Below, piece after piece: positions 7,373-14,761 of a stretch of DNA of 38,138 nt. The position numbers were made by a program, and so were the translations under genes. Numbering within the stretch: position 1 is the stretch's first letter; each line of letters starts with the position of its first letter. The DNA comes from a virus (Duplodnaviria; Caudoviricetes): positions 1 to 38,138 of IMG/VR virus record IMGVR_UViG_3300037458_001599; one strand, 5' to 3'. The notes beneath the pieces were generated by a model. It was not told where the DNA came from and ran no database searches. It saw nothing but the letters and a program-made list of their open reading frames with translations.

Positions 7373-7584
7373 GTCTGCGCTCCTTTCACGCGTCCGCTCG
7401 TGGGGAGCTCGGTTCCCCCCTGACAGGCCCTTCGGTGGGCCTCGGTATAGCCCCGCTCGAGGCGCCGCTCGAACGGTTCTCCAGCCGCGGCCAGCTCGGC
7501 CAGGGCCGCGCAGTAGGGATCTCGGCTGGTGGTCTCCGGCTCGTCCTCGATGACGTAGCCGCAGCGCGGGCAGCGCGTCATCAC
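7369..7584 (-). CDS. hypothetical protein with CPRC motif (71 aa)
   Basis: GTGA overlaps at both ends; C-terminal part of track ORF 7369..8004. Confidence 0.65.
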   Translation of the reverse strand: MMTRCPRCGYVIEDEPETTSRDPYCAALAELAAAGEPFERRLERGYTEAHRRACQGGTELPTSGRVKGAQT

Positions 7585-7994
7585 GCCGGCCCCCCGTCCA
7601 GCTCGACGATGGAGACGTCGACGCCGGCGTCGCCGTAGAGCTTCCCGACCGACAGGGACACGACCCTCGAGTCGTCGACGAAGACGACGCCGGTGCAGGC
7701 GTCCAGGAGCGCCCTGGCCAGCTTGTCGACGTCGGGCTTCGTGGCCGGATGCATGACGCGCCTCGGGGCCGACTTCGGCCGGCGCAGGTAGAAGTCGGCG
7801 GCGACGGCGACGGGCCCGTCGATCGTCGGCCGGTCGCCCATCGCCGCGCGCGCCTCGGTGGCGATGGCGTGGCGCCAGGCCGCGAGGGGCGCAGACGTCG
7901 ACACGACGCGGGCTCGCCCGCCGGAGACGAACGCCCTGGTGCTGCCCTGCGGGACGGGGAGGCCGCGGACGGTGAAGACGATCGGATCGCTCAT
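7581..7994 (-). CDS. rusA: RusA-family Holliday junction resolvase (137 aa)
   Basis: GLPVPQGS, KPDVDKLARALLDA, FVDDSRVV motifs. Confidence 0.92.
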   Translation of the reverse strand: MSDPIVFTVRGLPVPQGSTRAFVSGGRARVVSTSAPLAAWRHAIATEARAAMGDRPTIDGPVAVAADFYLRRPKSAPRRVMHPATKPDVDKLARALLDACTGVVFVDDSRVVSLSVGKLYGDAGVDVSIVELDGGPA

Positions 7995-8398
7995 GGGTTG
8001 ACAACCTGCACGCTATCGTCTAGATTATCGGCACAAGGAGGCGCCGAGATGCTGAAGCACCGATGCAAGGACGGACAGGCCACCAAGCTCGAGCGGCACG
8101 GACCAGTCGGGACGATGGTGGAGGTCACCTTCTCCTGCCCGCGCTGCGGGTGGACGCAGACGGCAGAGGTCATCAAGCGCGAGTCGCTCAAGGCGGTCAA
8201 CGCGGCCTTCGGGCTCGCGCTGAAGTGAAGACGCTCGCGGAGGCGGCGGCGGTCCTCGGACTGTCCGCCGCCACGCTGCGCAACCAGATCCGCAACGGCC
8301 GCCTCCGCGGCCGGCTCGTGGGCAAGACGTGGACCGTCAGCGAGCGCGAGCTGGAGCGGTACAGGGTCGAGTCGCTGGGGAGGCCGGGGCGCCGTCAT
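7991..8398 (-). CDS. possible bridging ORF (135 aa) antisense to the + strand operon
   Basis: GGAGG RBS and ATGA overlap with the methyltransferase stop; TGA overlaps the rusA ATG; sequence does not look like a folded protein. Confidence 0.35.
   Translation of the reverse strand: MTAPRPPQRLDPVPLQLALADGPRLAHEPAAEAAVADLVAQRGGGQSEDRRRLRERLHFSASPKAALTALSDSRLMTSAVCVHPQRGQEKVTSTIVPTGPCRSSLVACPSLHRCFSISAPPCADNLDDSVQVVNP
7998..8026 (+). promoter_or_regulatory. sigma70-type promoter
   Basis: TTGACA-N17-TAGATT followed by AAGGAGG RBS and ATG at 8049. Confidence 0.85.
8049..8228 (+). CDS. small Zn-ribbon-like protein (HRC...CPRC, 59 aa)
   Basis: Own promoter and strong RBS; MLKHRCKDG...FSCPRCGW. Confidence 0.75.
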   Translation: MLKHRCKDGQATKLERHGPVGTMVEVTFSCPRCGWTQTAEVIKRESLKAVNAAFGLALK

Positions 8399-8404
8399 CG
8401 GTAG
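8225..8404 (+). CDS. Xis/MerR-like HTH DNA-binding protein (59 aa)
   Basis: GTGA coupling; TLAEAAAVLGLSAATLRNQIRNGRLRGRLVGKTWTV. Confidence 0.85.
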   Translation: MKTLAEAAAVLGLSAATLRNQIRNGRLRGRLVGKTWTVSERELERYRVESLGRPGRRHR

Positions 8405-9675
8405 TCCTCCACGGCCCTCCGCAGGCGCCAGCCGAGCCACTCGGCCACGGGCGCGACCACGCCGTTCCCGCAGCAGCGATAGCGGTGGCTGTCGAGCCCC
8501 GGCGGGTCAAGGTCGAGGGTCATGCCGGTGGCTCCTCCGACGATGAGGTGCCCCGCCTGTACGTCGTTGTCGTCTGGTCCGCCCCTGACTGGCGAGGGCG
8601 CGTTGACCAGTCGCTGACGATCGTCCAGCCGTCGTCCCAGCCCATCAGCCGCTCGCACTCCGTCGGCGTGAGGCGGCGCACCGTCCACGACGAGGGTGTC
8701 GGTGCCGTCTCCCCGTGGACTGGAGTGGCCGTGGTGGCCTGCGCTGGCGCTGACGGCGTTGGCGAGTCGGACGGGGAGCAGGGTGTCGGTGTCGTCGTCG
8801 TGGCGCTTGTAGCTGGTGCCGGTGACTGCGCGAGCGATGTCAGCGCCGTCTCCAGCTCCGGGGGCAGCGTCCTCCCCCGCTTCGACGCCCGTCGGAGGAT
8901 GCCTTGGGCAGCGCGTGCCGACAGCGAGTATCTCGGCGGCGCGGAGGGCAGCAGCACGTCCGTCAGGGTCGTCGTCACCGCTGCGCACGGCGACGATGAA
9001 GACCCGTCGGCGGCGCTGGGGCACTCCGAAGTGACGAGCGTCGAGCACCCGGTACGCCACGCCATACCCGAGGTCTGCCAGCGCACCGAGGAGTGCCGCC
9101 ATGTCTCGCCCTCCATGACTGGAGAGGAGGCCAGGTACGTTCTCCAGGAGGCAGAGGGGAGGTCGATGCCGTCCCACAAGGTCAAGGAAGGCGAAGGCGA
9201 GGCCGCTGCGGGCACCGGCGAGCCCTCGTCGCTTGCCCGCGACGGAGAGGTCCTGGCAAGGGAAGCCGCCTGACCAGAGGGTTGCGCGATGCCAGGGCTC
9301 CAGCCCATCCCCAGGCCAGTCCCGACCTTGAGTCCCGGCGTGGTCCCATCGTCGTAGGCCCTCATGCCCAGCCCCGCTGTCGGGTCGAAGGCCCAGGTCG
9401 ATGATGTCACCGAGGTTGGGGACACCGGGCCATCGCTCGCGGAGGACGGCGCAGGCGTAGGGGTCGATCTCGCTGACGCTGACGGTGCGCCAGCCGGCAC
9501 GTTCAAGCCCAAGGTCGAGTCCTCCGACGCCGCTGAAGAAGGAGGCGTGGGTGAGAACAGCACGTCCTGCGTGCCCGTCAGCGTCAGGCTCATGTCCTCC
9601 GAGAGCAGCGGACCCTTGCCGCCGCCCTCCTTGCCCTCGCGCATCCGCAGCAGCGTCGGCTTCATCATGGGTCAC
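8395..9675 (-). CDS. DNA (cytosine-5) methyltransferase, alpha-like subunit lacking motif IX (426 aa)
   Basis: FSGVGG (I), EID (II), GFPCQDLS (IV), ENVPG (VI), VPQRRRR (VIII), CGNGVV (X). Confidence 0.92.
   Translation of the reverse strand: MTHDEADAAADARGQGGRRQGSAALGGHEPDADGHAGRAVLTHASFFSGVGGLDLGLERAGWRTVSVSEIDPYACAVLRERWPGVPNLGDIIDLGLRPDSGAGHEGLRRWDHAGTQGRDWPGDGLEPWHRATLWSGGFPCQDLSVAGKRRGLAGARSGLAFAFLDLVGRHRPPLCLLENVPGLLSSHGGRDMAALLGALADLGYGVAYRVLDARHFGVPQRRRRVFIVAVRSGDDDPDGRAAALRAAEILAVGTRCPRHPPTGVEAGEDAAPGAGDGADIARAVTGTSYKRHDDDTDTLLPVRLANAVSASAGHHGHSSPRGDGTDTLVVDGAPPHADGVRAADGLGRRLDDRQRLVNAPSPVRGGPDDNDVQAGHLIVGGATGMTLDLDPPGLDSHRYRCCGNGVVAPVAEWLGWRLRRAVEDYR
8520..9668 (-). CDS. alternative-frame beta-like subunit of the C5 methyltransferase carrying motif IX (382 aa)
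   Basis: Open for 382 codons inside the alpha gene; contains YSLSARAAQGILRRA and VRRLTPTECERLMGWDDGWT (motif IX); ATG just after GAGGAGGAGG. Confidence 0.75.
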   Translation of the reverse strand: MMKPTLLRMREGKEGGGKGPLLSEDMSLTLTGTQDVLFSPTPPSSAASEDSTLGLNVPAGAPSASARSTPTPAPSSASDGPVSPTSVTSSTWAFDPTAGLGMRAYDDGTTPGLKVGTGLGMGWSPGIAQPSGQAASLARTSPSRASDEGSPVPAAASPSPSLTLWDGIDLPSASWRTYLASSPVMEGETWRHSSVRWQTSGMAWRTGCSTLVTSECPSAADGSSSSPCAAVTTTLTDVLLPSAPPRYSLSARAAQGILRRASKRGRTLPPELETALTSLAQSPAPATSATTTTPTPCSPSDSPTPSAPAQATTATPVHGETAPTPSSWTVRRLTPTECERLMGWDDGWTIVSDWSTRPRQSGADQTTTTYRRGTSSSEEPPA

Positions 9676-9761
9676 CCCACCTCCTCCTCGAGCCAGGCGA
9701 TCAGGAGCGCGGCCAGGACGCAGAGCGCCAGGACGCCGACCAGGACGAGGAAGACGTTCAC
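9672..9761 (-). CDS. 29-aa single-TM peptide, not in ORF track
   Basis: MNVFLVLVGVLALCVLAALLIAWLEEEVG; GTGA overlaps at both ends. Confidence 0.6.
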   Translation of the reverse strand: MNVFLVLVGVLALCVLAALLIAWLEEEVG

Positions 9762-10543
9762 GCCGCGACCCCCCTCCGCAGGACCCAGGAGGAGAAGGCC
9801 ACGATGCCGCGGAACGCGTCCCACTCGGCCGGCGCGACGACGACGGGGATCTCCTCCCAGCCGTCGTCGGCCAGGTGCAGGACCGAGAGGTGCTCGACCT
9901 GGTGGAGGAGCTCGGTCGTCGGCTCGTCGACGACGTCGTCCGCGCCGACGAACTCGGCCATGAGGTAGGCGACCTGCTGGATGACGATCTCCGGGTAGAG
10001 CTCGCCGTGTCGACCCTTGACGCTCTTGCCCGTCTTGATGTCGACGATGGCCAGGGACCCGTCAGGCCGCCGGCCGAGGATGTCCAGGGAGCCGGCGTAG
10101 CCCAGCTCGAGGTTCCAGACCTGGAGCTCCTGGCCGAGCACCTCGAAGCCGGTGTCGTCCATCCAGGCGTGGTACTGGCGCAGCTTCGGAGCGGTCGCCT
10201 CGTCGACGTCCTCGGGCCGCAGGCCCTGCTCGGCCGCCAGGTGGACGAGGGTGCCCTTCTTCGCGGCGCGGTCGCTGATCTCCTCGGGCGCCGACCGCAG
10301 CCAGCGGCGCGCAGCGGAGGGATCCTCGGCCATGCGCCGGCCGAGCTCGGCGTACTCGACCATGGCGCGGTCCACGACCAGGCCGATCATCCAGGTGTGC
10401 AGGCCGTGAGCGATGCCGAGGGCTCGCGGGATGCTCGTGGCCGACAGGAGCTTGCGGCCCTGCCAGGTGTAGTAGCGCAGGCCGGAGTAGGGATCCGACA
10501 CCGCGTTGCGCGGGCCGGCCGTGCCGACCTTGACGGTGGTCAT
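9758..10543 (-). CDS. PD-(D/E)XK (Cas4/RecB-like) exonuclease (261 aa)
   Basis: GTLVH, YAGSLD, IVDIKTGK, QQVAY motifs; start reassigned to MTTVKV with GAGGAGG RBS. Confidence 0.85.
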   Translation of the reverse strand: MTTVKVGTAGPRNAVSDPYSGLRYYTWQGRKLLSATSIPRALGIAHGLHTWMIGLVVDRAMVEYAELGRRMAEDPSAARRWLRSAPEEISDRAAKKGTLVHLAAEQGLRPEDVDEATAPKLRQYHAWMDDTGFEVLGQELQVWNLELGYAGSLDILGRRPDGSLAIVDIKTGKSVKGRHGELYPEIVIQQVAYLMAEFVGADDVVDEPTTELLHQVEHLSVLHLADDGWEEIPVVVAPAEWDAFRGIVAFSSWVLRRGVAA

Positions 10544-12585
10544 GGGAGAGCCTCCTCCTCGTCGCAGGCATCGCAGACCCACCCGCCGGCCACACGCCGA
10601 TGGCGGGTGCGGTGGTCGTCATAGGAACGGCAGGGGCGCAGCCAGTCACCGTCTCCGGCCGCGAAGGTGCTCGCGCGCGTAACCGACCCCGCTCCTTCGA
10701 CACCTTCGACATCTTCGACATCTTCGTGACCCCGTCCGGAGCCCCCCGAAGATGTCGAAGATGCCGAAGATGTCGAAGATGATTGATTGATAGGGGACCA
10801 TGCATCTTCGGCACTCGGAGGCATCCTCCAGACCCACCCCGCGTCGAAGTCCGACTTGACGGAGGTCACGCCTGACCGCCTCTTCGCGGAGGTCCAGGCC
10901 GCGCGGGCGTACCCCTTCGACCGCATGTGCGCCTGGCACTCCTGCGCCGGCGCCTCCCCGCCTCGTGTCTCGAGGAACGTCACGAGGATCTCGGTCGCGG
11001 TCCTCGATGTCTCGTGGTCCTCTTCCGACATGACGTCGTCGACGGACATGGCCGAGCTGCCCAGCCACTCGACCGCCGAGACCGTCCGGCCGATCCAGAT
11101 GCGGCCAGGAGGGGTCGCGGAGATGACCCTGTAGCGGAGGGTGTCGGGCTTCTGCGCGTAGTTGCTCTTCGTGACGCCCAGGAGCTTCGAGGCACCCGTC
11201 TCATCGTCGGGGTCGACCGTGGCCGTCCAGACGGACCGCGCCGCGCCTGCCAGACCGCCCAGCGAGCCGGATCCCCGCAGCAGCGCCGGCCGGCTCGTGT
11301 CCTTGGAGAAGTGCCTCATGGCCAGGACGGCGATGTCATACTCGGCCGCGATGTTCGCGAGCGGCGACATGACGGCTGTCCGCACGTCGTTGTCGCTGAT
11401 CGTCCGCACGGTCCCCTCGATGTGGCTGAAGAGCGGGTCGATGAAGACGAGGCGCAGCCGAGGCATCGAGGCGATCGCCCGCGCCAGCTTGGCCGTGTCC
11501 TTCGGCATGACGAACTCCTCGACCAGGAAGTGGACCCGGTCCAGGTCCGCGCCGGCGACCTCGAGTCGCGGCCGCAGGACCCTCGAGGGATCGTCCTCGC
11601 GGGTGATGATGAGGACGTCTCCGGGCTCACCGCCAGGGGTGCCGTCCGGCCAGGCCCTGCCCGTCGTGATGCGCGCGACCAGGTCCATGACGCAGGTCGA
11701 CTTCGCCTCGCCTGGGTTGCCGTCGAAGAGCGTCACGGTGCCGAGCGGCATCCACCCAGGCCAGAGCCACTCGATGGGGATGCTCTCGACCTGCGAGAGG
11801 CGCACGATGCGAGGGCCTGTCGGCGAGGCATCGGTGACGAGCTGCCTGATCGTGTCGACGTCTGCGTCCGCGGCGTCCCAGCCCTTCGGCGTGCCGTCGG
11901 GCGGACGGACGACGAGGACGCTCGCGGCGACGCCCACCAGCGCGAGCTCGATGGCGGTCATGTGCTGCCGGCCCGCGTCGTCGTGGTCCGGCCAGAGCAC
12001 GACGTGCCGGCCGGCCAGCGGGAGGAGCGCCTCGCGCGAGGGCATCGCGTTCGCCCCGTACGTCCCGACCGCGGCGATGCCGGCGTCGGTCACGGCCAGC
12101 GTCGCGCGCTCGCCCTCGACGATGACGACGGGGTCGGCGTCCCCGAGCTCCCAGGAGCAGAAGAGCGCCAGGCGCGAGATGTCGATGCCCTTCGGGTCCC
12201 ACCAGATCCTCTTGCCGCCCTGGCCGTCGTCGGCCCGGCGGTGGACGCCTGCCTTCGTGCCGTCGACGTAGTAGGCATCGAAGGCACGCTCGCCCCGCGA
12301 GGCCTGCCGGCGCCCTGACGGCGCGGCGTGCCGCACCCTGGCGCCGGAGTGCCCGTTGCGGTGCTCGGCGTAGAGGTCGGACATCGTCGCGCCCATGGCC
12401 GCCACGATCTCCTCGATGCGGCAGCCGGCGTGGCAATGGATGAGCAGGCGCCCGTCGTCACCCAGCTTCCAGGTCAGGCTCGGGAGGCGGTCCTCGTGCG
12501 AGGGGCAGACCTTCTTCTGCCCCTTGCCGGGGAGGGCCTCGAGAGCCGCGACCAGGTCGGAGTAGGCCACGACGGGCGCCGGCAC
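10540..12585 (-). CDS. primase-helicase: Zn finger + TOPRIM + RecA-like AAA helicase (681 aa)
   Basis: CPSHED..CHAGC, VIVEGE, WPDHDDAG, GNPGEAKST (Walker A), VFIDPL (Walker B). Confidence 0.9.
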   Translation of the reverse strand: MPAPVVAYSDLVAALEALPGKGQKKVCPSHEDRLPSLTWKLGDDGRLLIHCHAGCRIEEIVAAMGATMSDLYAEHRNGHSGARVRHAAPSGRRQASRGERAFDAYYVDGTKAGVHRRADDGQGGKRIWWDPKGIDISRLALFCSWELGDADPVVIVEGERATLAVTDAGIAAVGTYGANAMPSREALLPLAGRHVVLWPDHDDAGRQHMTAIELALVGVAASVLVVRPPDGTPKGWDAADADVDTIRQLVTDASPTGPRIVRLSQVESIPIEWLWPGWMPLGTVTLFDGNPGEAKSTCVMDLVARITTGRAWPDGTPGGEPGDVLIITREDDPSRVLRPRLEVAGADLDRVHFLVEEFVMPKDTAKLARAIASMPRLRLVFIDPLFSHIEGTVRTISDNDVRTAVMSPLANIAAEYDIAVLAMRHFSKDTSRPALLRGSGSLGGLAGAARSVWTATVDPDDETGASKLLGVTKSNYAQKPDTLRYRVISATPPGRIWIGRTVSAVEWLGSSAMSVDDVMSEEDHETSRTATEILVTFLETRGGEAPAQECQAHMRSKGYARAAWTSAKRRSGVTSVKSDFDAGWVWRMPPSAEDAWSPINQSSSTSSASSTSSGGSGRGHEDVEDVEGVEGAGSVTRASTFAAGDGDWLRPCRSYDDHRTRHRRVAGGWVCDACDEEEALP
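10695..10811. repeat. 9-bp iteron arrays in inverted orientation, putative replication origin
   Basis: CTTCGACAY x3.5 (10695-10726) facing CGAAGATGN x4 (10747-10782), AT-rich TTGATTGATA, one more copy at 10803-10811. Confidence 0.75.
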
Positions 12586-13134
12586 CTAGAAGCGTGAGCC
12601 GCGGGCGCCGGCGACGCGCTGGCGGAGCGGGACGGCTGCCGGGGGCTCCGGGAGCGGGGGCTCCTCCTCCTCGTCCTCTTCCTCCTCCGGCTCGGGGGCC
12701 GGCACGGGGGCCGGCCGGGCCTTCGCCTTCGGGCGTGCCGGGATGGCGACGAGCGACAGGATGCGCGTGTAGCCCTTCGCGTCGCGGGCGATCTGCGCGA
12801 AGGCCTGGCGGCCGATGAGGTCGCGCTCGATGACGAACTCCTCGCGGGCGCTCGGCTCGCGGCCGAGGAGCGCGACCATGTATGCGTAGAAGGTCGACTT
12901 GGGGTGGACGTCCGCCTTCGGGACCGTCACCCAGGAGTCGAAGATGACCTGGCCGTCGTGCTCTCCGCCGTCGTCGACCGCGAAGGTCCACTCCTGGACG
13001 GTGCGTCGGCCGAAGTCGCCGTCGACCTCTCGGGGCTCGCCGATCGAGGCGAGCGCCACGAGCAGCGTGCCGTCCGGCCCGTCGTAGACGTTCTCCGGTG
13101 GTTCGTATGCCGTTCCGATCCTGACCGTGGTCAA
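12586..13134 (-). CDS. putative single-stranded DNA-binding protein (182 aa)
   Basis: Beta-rich core with aromatic residues plus acidic Pro-rich tail ending in F; lies just upstream of primase-helicase; TTG start with GGGAG RBS. Confidence 0.55.
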   Translation of the reverse strand: MTTVRIGTAYEPPENVYDGPDGTLLVALASIGEPREVDGDFGRRTVQEWTFAVDDGGEHDGQVIFDSWVTVPKADVHPKSTFYAYMVALLGREPSAREEFVIERDLIGRQAFAQIARDAKGYTRILSLVAIPARPKAKARPAPVPAPEPEEEEDEEEEPPLPEPPAAVPLRQRVAGARGSRF

Positions 13135-13245
13135 TGTGGTGCTCCCATCCGTCGCTGGCGTCTGCCGCCCAGGGTCCCGGACCGGACCGGGGAGCTCCCA
13201 GGGCGGGCAGACAGGGTCTCGAGGGCCCGCAGGTGGGCCAGCCCG

Positions 13246-13827
13246 TCAACTCATGGGCGGCAGCTCCGGGGGCTCGGGCGGGTCGAGCGCGTCGCGGGCG
13301 ATCGCCCCGATGTCGGGGGCCACGAGCGGGTCACGTGCCAGGACGCGCAGGGCCATGACCATGGCGCCGACCTGGTAGCCCAGGCGGTAGGCAGCGTCGA
13401 GCGGCCCGCCGATGACGTGGAGCTCGGGCAGGGGGAGCGGCGCGTCGTTCAGGGGCTCGGCCTCCACCGGCTCCTTCGGCGTCGGAGGCGAGGGTGTCTC
13501 GGGCGCAGGCTTCACCGGGCGAGGCCGCTCCGCCTTCGGGACCCGCAGCGGGGGAGGGGTGAGCGCCTTGCCAGGGCTGCGCTCCATCGCCTCGTCCCAC
13601 GCCTTGAGAGCCTTGCCGAACTGGTCGGCAGACAGACCGAGTGCCTCGGCTGCAGCGCGGCGGTCACCGTGATGATGAGTGAGCGCCTCGTGCGCCTGCA
13701 GGGCCCGCTCGCTGACCCAGGCCCCGTCGACGAGCACCTGCCAGGCGCCCGACGGGCCCTTGCGCCGAGCGTGCCCGCGGGGCGGGTCAGGGACCTCGGG
13801 TGTCGGGATGACGCGGATCTCGCTCAT
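13246..13827 (-). CDS. HTH (Fis-like) DNA-binding protein (193 aa)
   Basis: ALTHHHGDRRAAAEALGLSADQFGKAL. Confidence 0.6.
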   Translation of the reverse strand: MSEIRVIPTPEVPDPPRGHARRKGPSGAWQVLVDGAWVSERALQAHEALTHHHGDRRAAAEALGLSADQFGKALKAWDEAMERSPGKALTPPPLRVPKAERPRPVKPAPETPSPPTPKEPVEAEPLNDAPLPLPELHVIGGPLDAAYRLGYQVGAMVMALRVLARDPLVAPDIGAIARDALDPPEPPELPPMS

Positions 13828-14054
13828 GGCAGCAGCCTCGCCTTCGCCCCGCAGCGGGTCCGCGCGCCGACCGGGGCCGGGCAGGCGATGACCTGGAACG
13901 GGCCGCCCGCCCAGCGGGTGCGGTGGTGATCGGGCGCCTCGCAGACGTACCAGCGGGGAGGCTGGTCGGCAGGACGGGGCCGGGGGTCAGCCCCGTCCTG
14001 CCTCGGCCCGGAGCCCTCCAGTGGCGTGCTGGTGACCGGACCTGATGTGTTCAT
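13824..14054 (-). CDS. hypothetical protein (76 aa)
   Basis: GAGGAGG RBS; ATGA overlaps at both ends. Confidence 0.6.
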   Translation of the reverse strand: MNTSGPVTSTPLEGSGPRQDGADPRPRPADQPPRWYVCEAPDHHRTRWAGGPFQVIACPAPVGARTRCGAKARLLP

Positions 14055-14560
14055 GCCGCCGTCCTCCTCACGTAGGGCAGGGGGCTGTCGCCCCGCTGCT
14101 GGATGACGCACTCCGCGTCACGGCACAGGCCGTCGGGCTCGCAGGCCGCGCAGAACAGCCGCAGCGTCTCGCGGGCGTGGTTGAGCCGGCGGGTGGTGAG
14201 CTGGTCCTGCACCTCGGCCTGCTCGCGGCGGCGGCGGGTCTCCATCGTGTGCTGGCACTTGCGGCTGCAGTAGCGCGCCTTCATGAAGCGCCCCACGTCG
14301 ATGAACGCCTTGCCGCACAGCGCGCACGCCTTCGTCCGCGGGCGCTGCACCATCGTGAGCAGGGAGGGCTGGGACAGCAGGAACGCCAGCTCGAGCGCGT
14401 GCTCGATGCCGGCGAAGCTGCGGCCCGTGCGCCAGGACCAGACCGTCTCGTGACGCACGCCGAGCGCGGCCGCCACGGCGTGGTCCGACATCCTCGCGCC
14501 CGCCATCTCCCGGCCGAGCAGGGCGCCCCAGCGGACGGCACGCTCGTCGCGCTCCTTCAC
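14051..14560 (-). CDS. XRE-like HTH plus Cys-rich Zn-finger regulator (169 aa)
   Basis: SDHAVAAALGVRHETVWSWRTG; CALC..YCSRKC; second cluster CAAC..C..C; GTG start overlapping upstream stop. Confidence 0.75.
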   Translation of the reverse strand: MKERDERAVRWGALLGREMAGARMSDHAVAAALGVRHETVWSWRTGRSFAGIEHALELAFLLSQPSLLTMVQRPRTKACALCGKAFIDVGRFMKARYCSRKCQHTMETRRRREQAEVQDQLTTRRLNHARETLRLFCAACEPDGLCRDAECVIQQRGDSPLPYVRRTAA

Positions 14561-14757
14561 CGCTCGCCCTCCTGGACTGTCTCGGCGTGGAGCCGCTCGG
14601 CCCACGGCCGGTCGCAGCGCCCCTCGGCCCGCATGGCGCGGGCGAACGTCGGGGTGCAGTCGCTGCAGGGCGAGACGAACTTGAGGCTGGCGTCCTTCGC
14701 CGCGCGCAGCCACGCCTCCCACTCGCGCTCGTCCATGCACGGCGGCTGGGGGGTCAT
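14557..14757 (-). CDS. small Cys-containing protein (PCM..PCSDC..GRC, 66 aa)
   Basis: Closely coupled ORF with four Cys. Confidence 0.65.
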   Translation of the reverse strand: MTPQPPCMDEREWEAWLRAAKDASLKFVSPCSDCTPTFARAMRAEGRCDRPWAERLHAETVQEGER

Positions 14758-14761
14758 CGCC

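Noticed and set aside
10695-10811. CRISPR-like array near a Cas4-like nuclease
   Set aside because: Repeats are 9 bp and contiguous with no spacers; the nuclease is a typical phage PD-(D/E)XK exonuclease; no other cas genes
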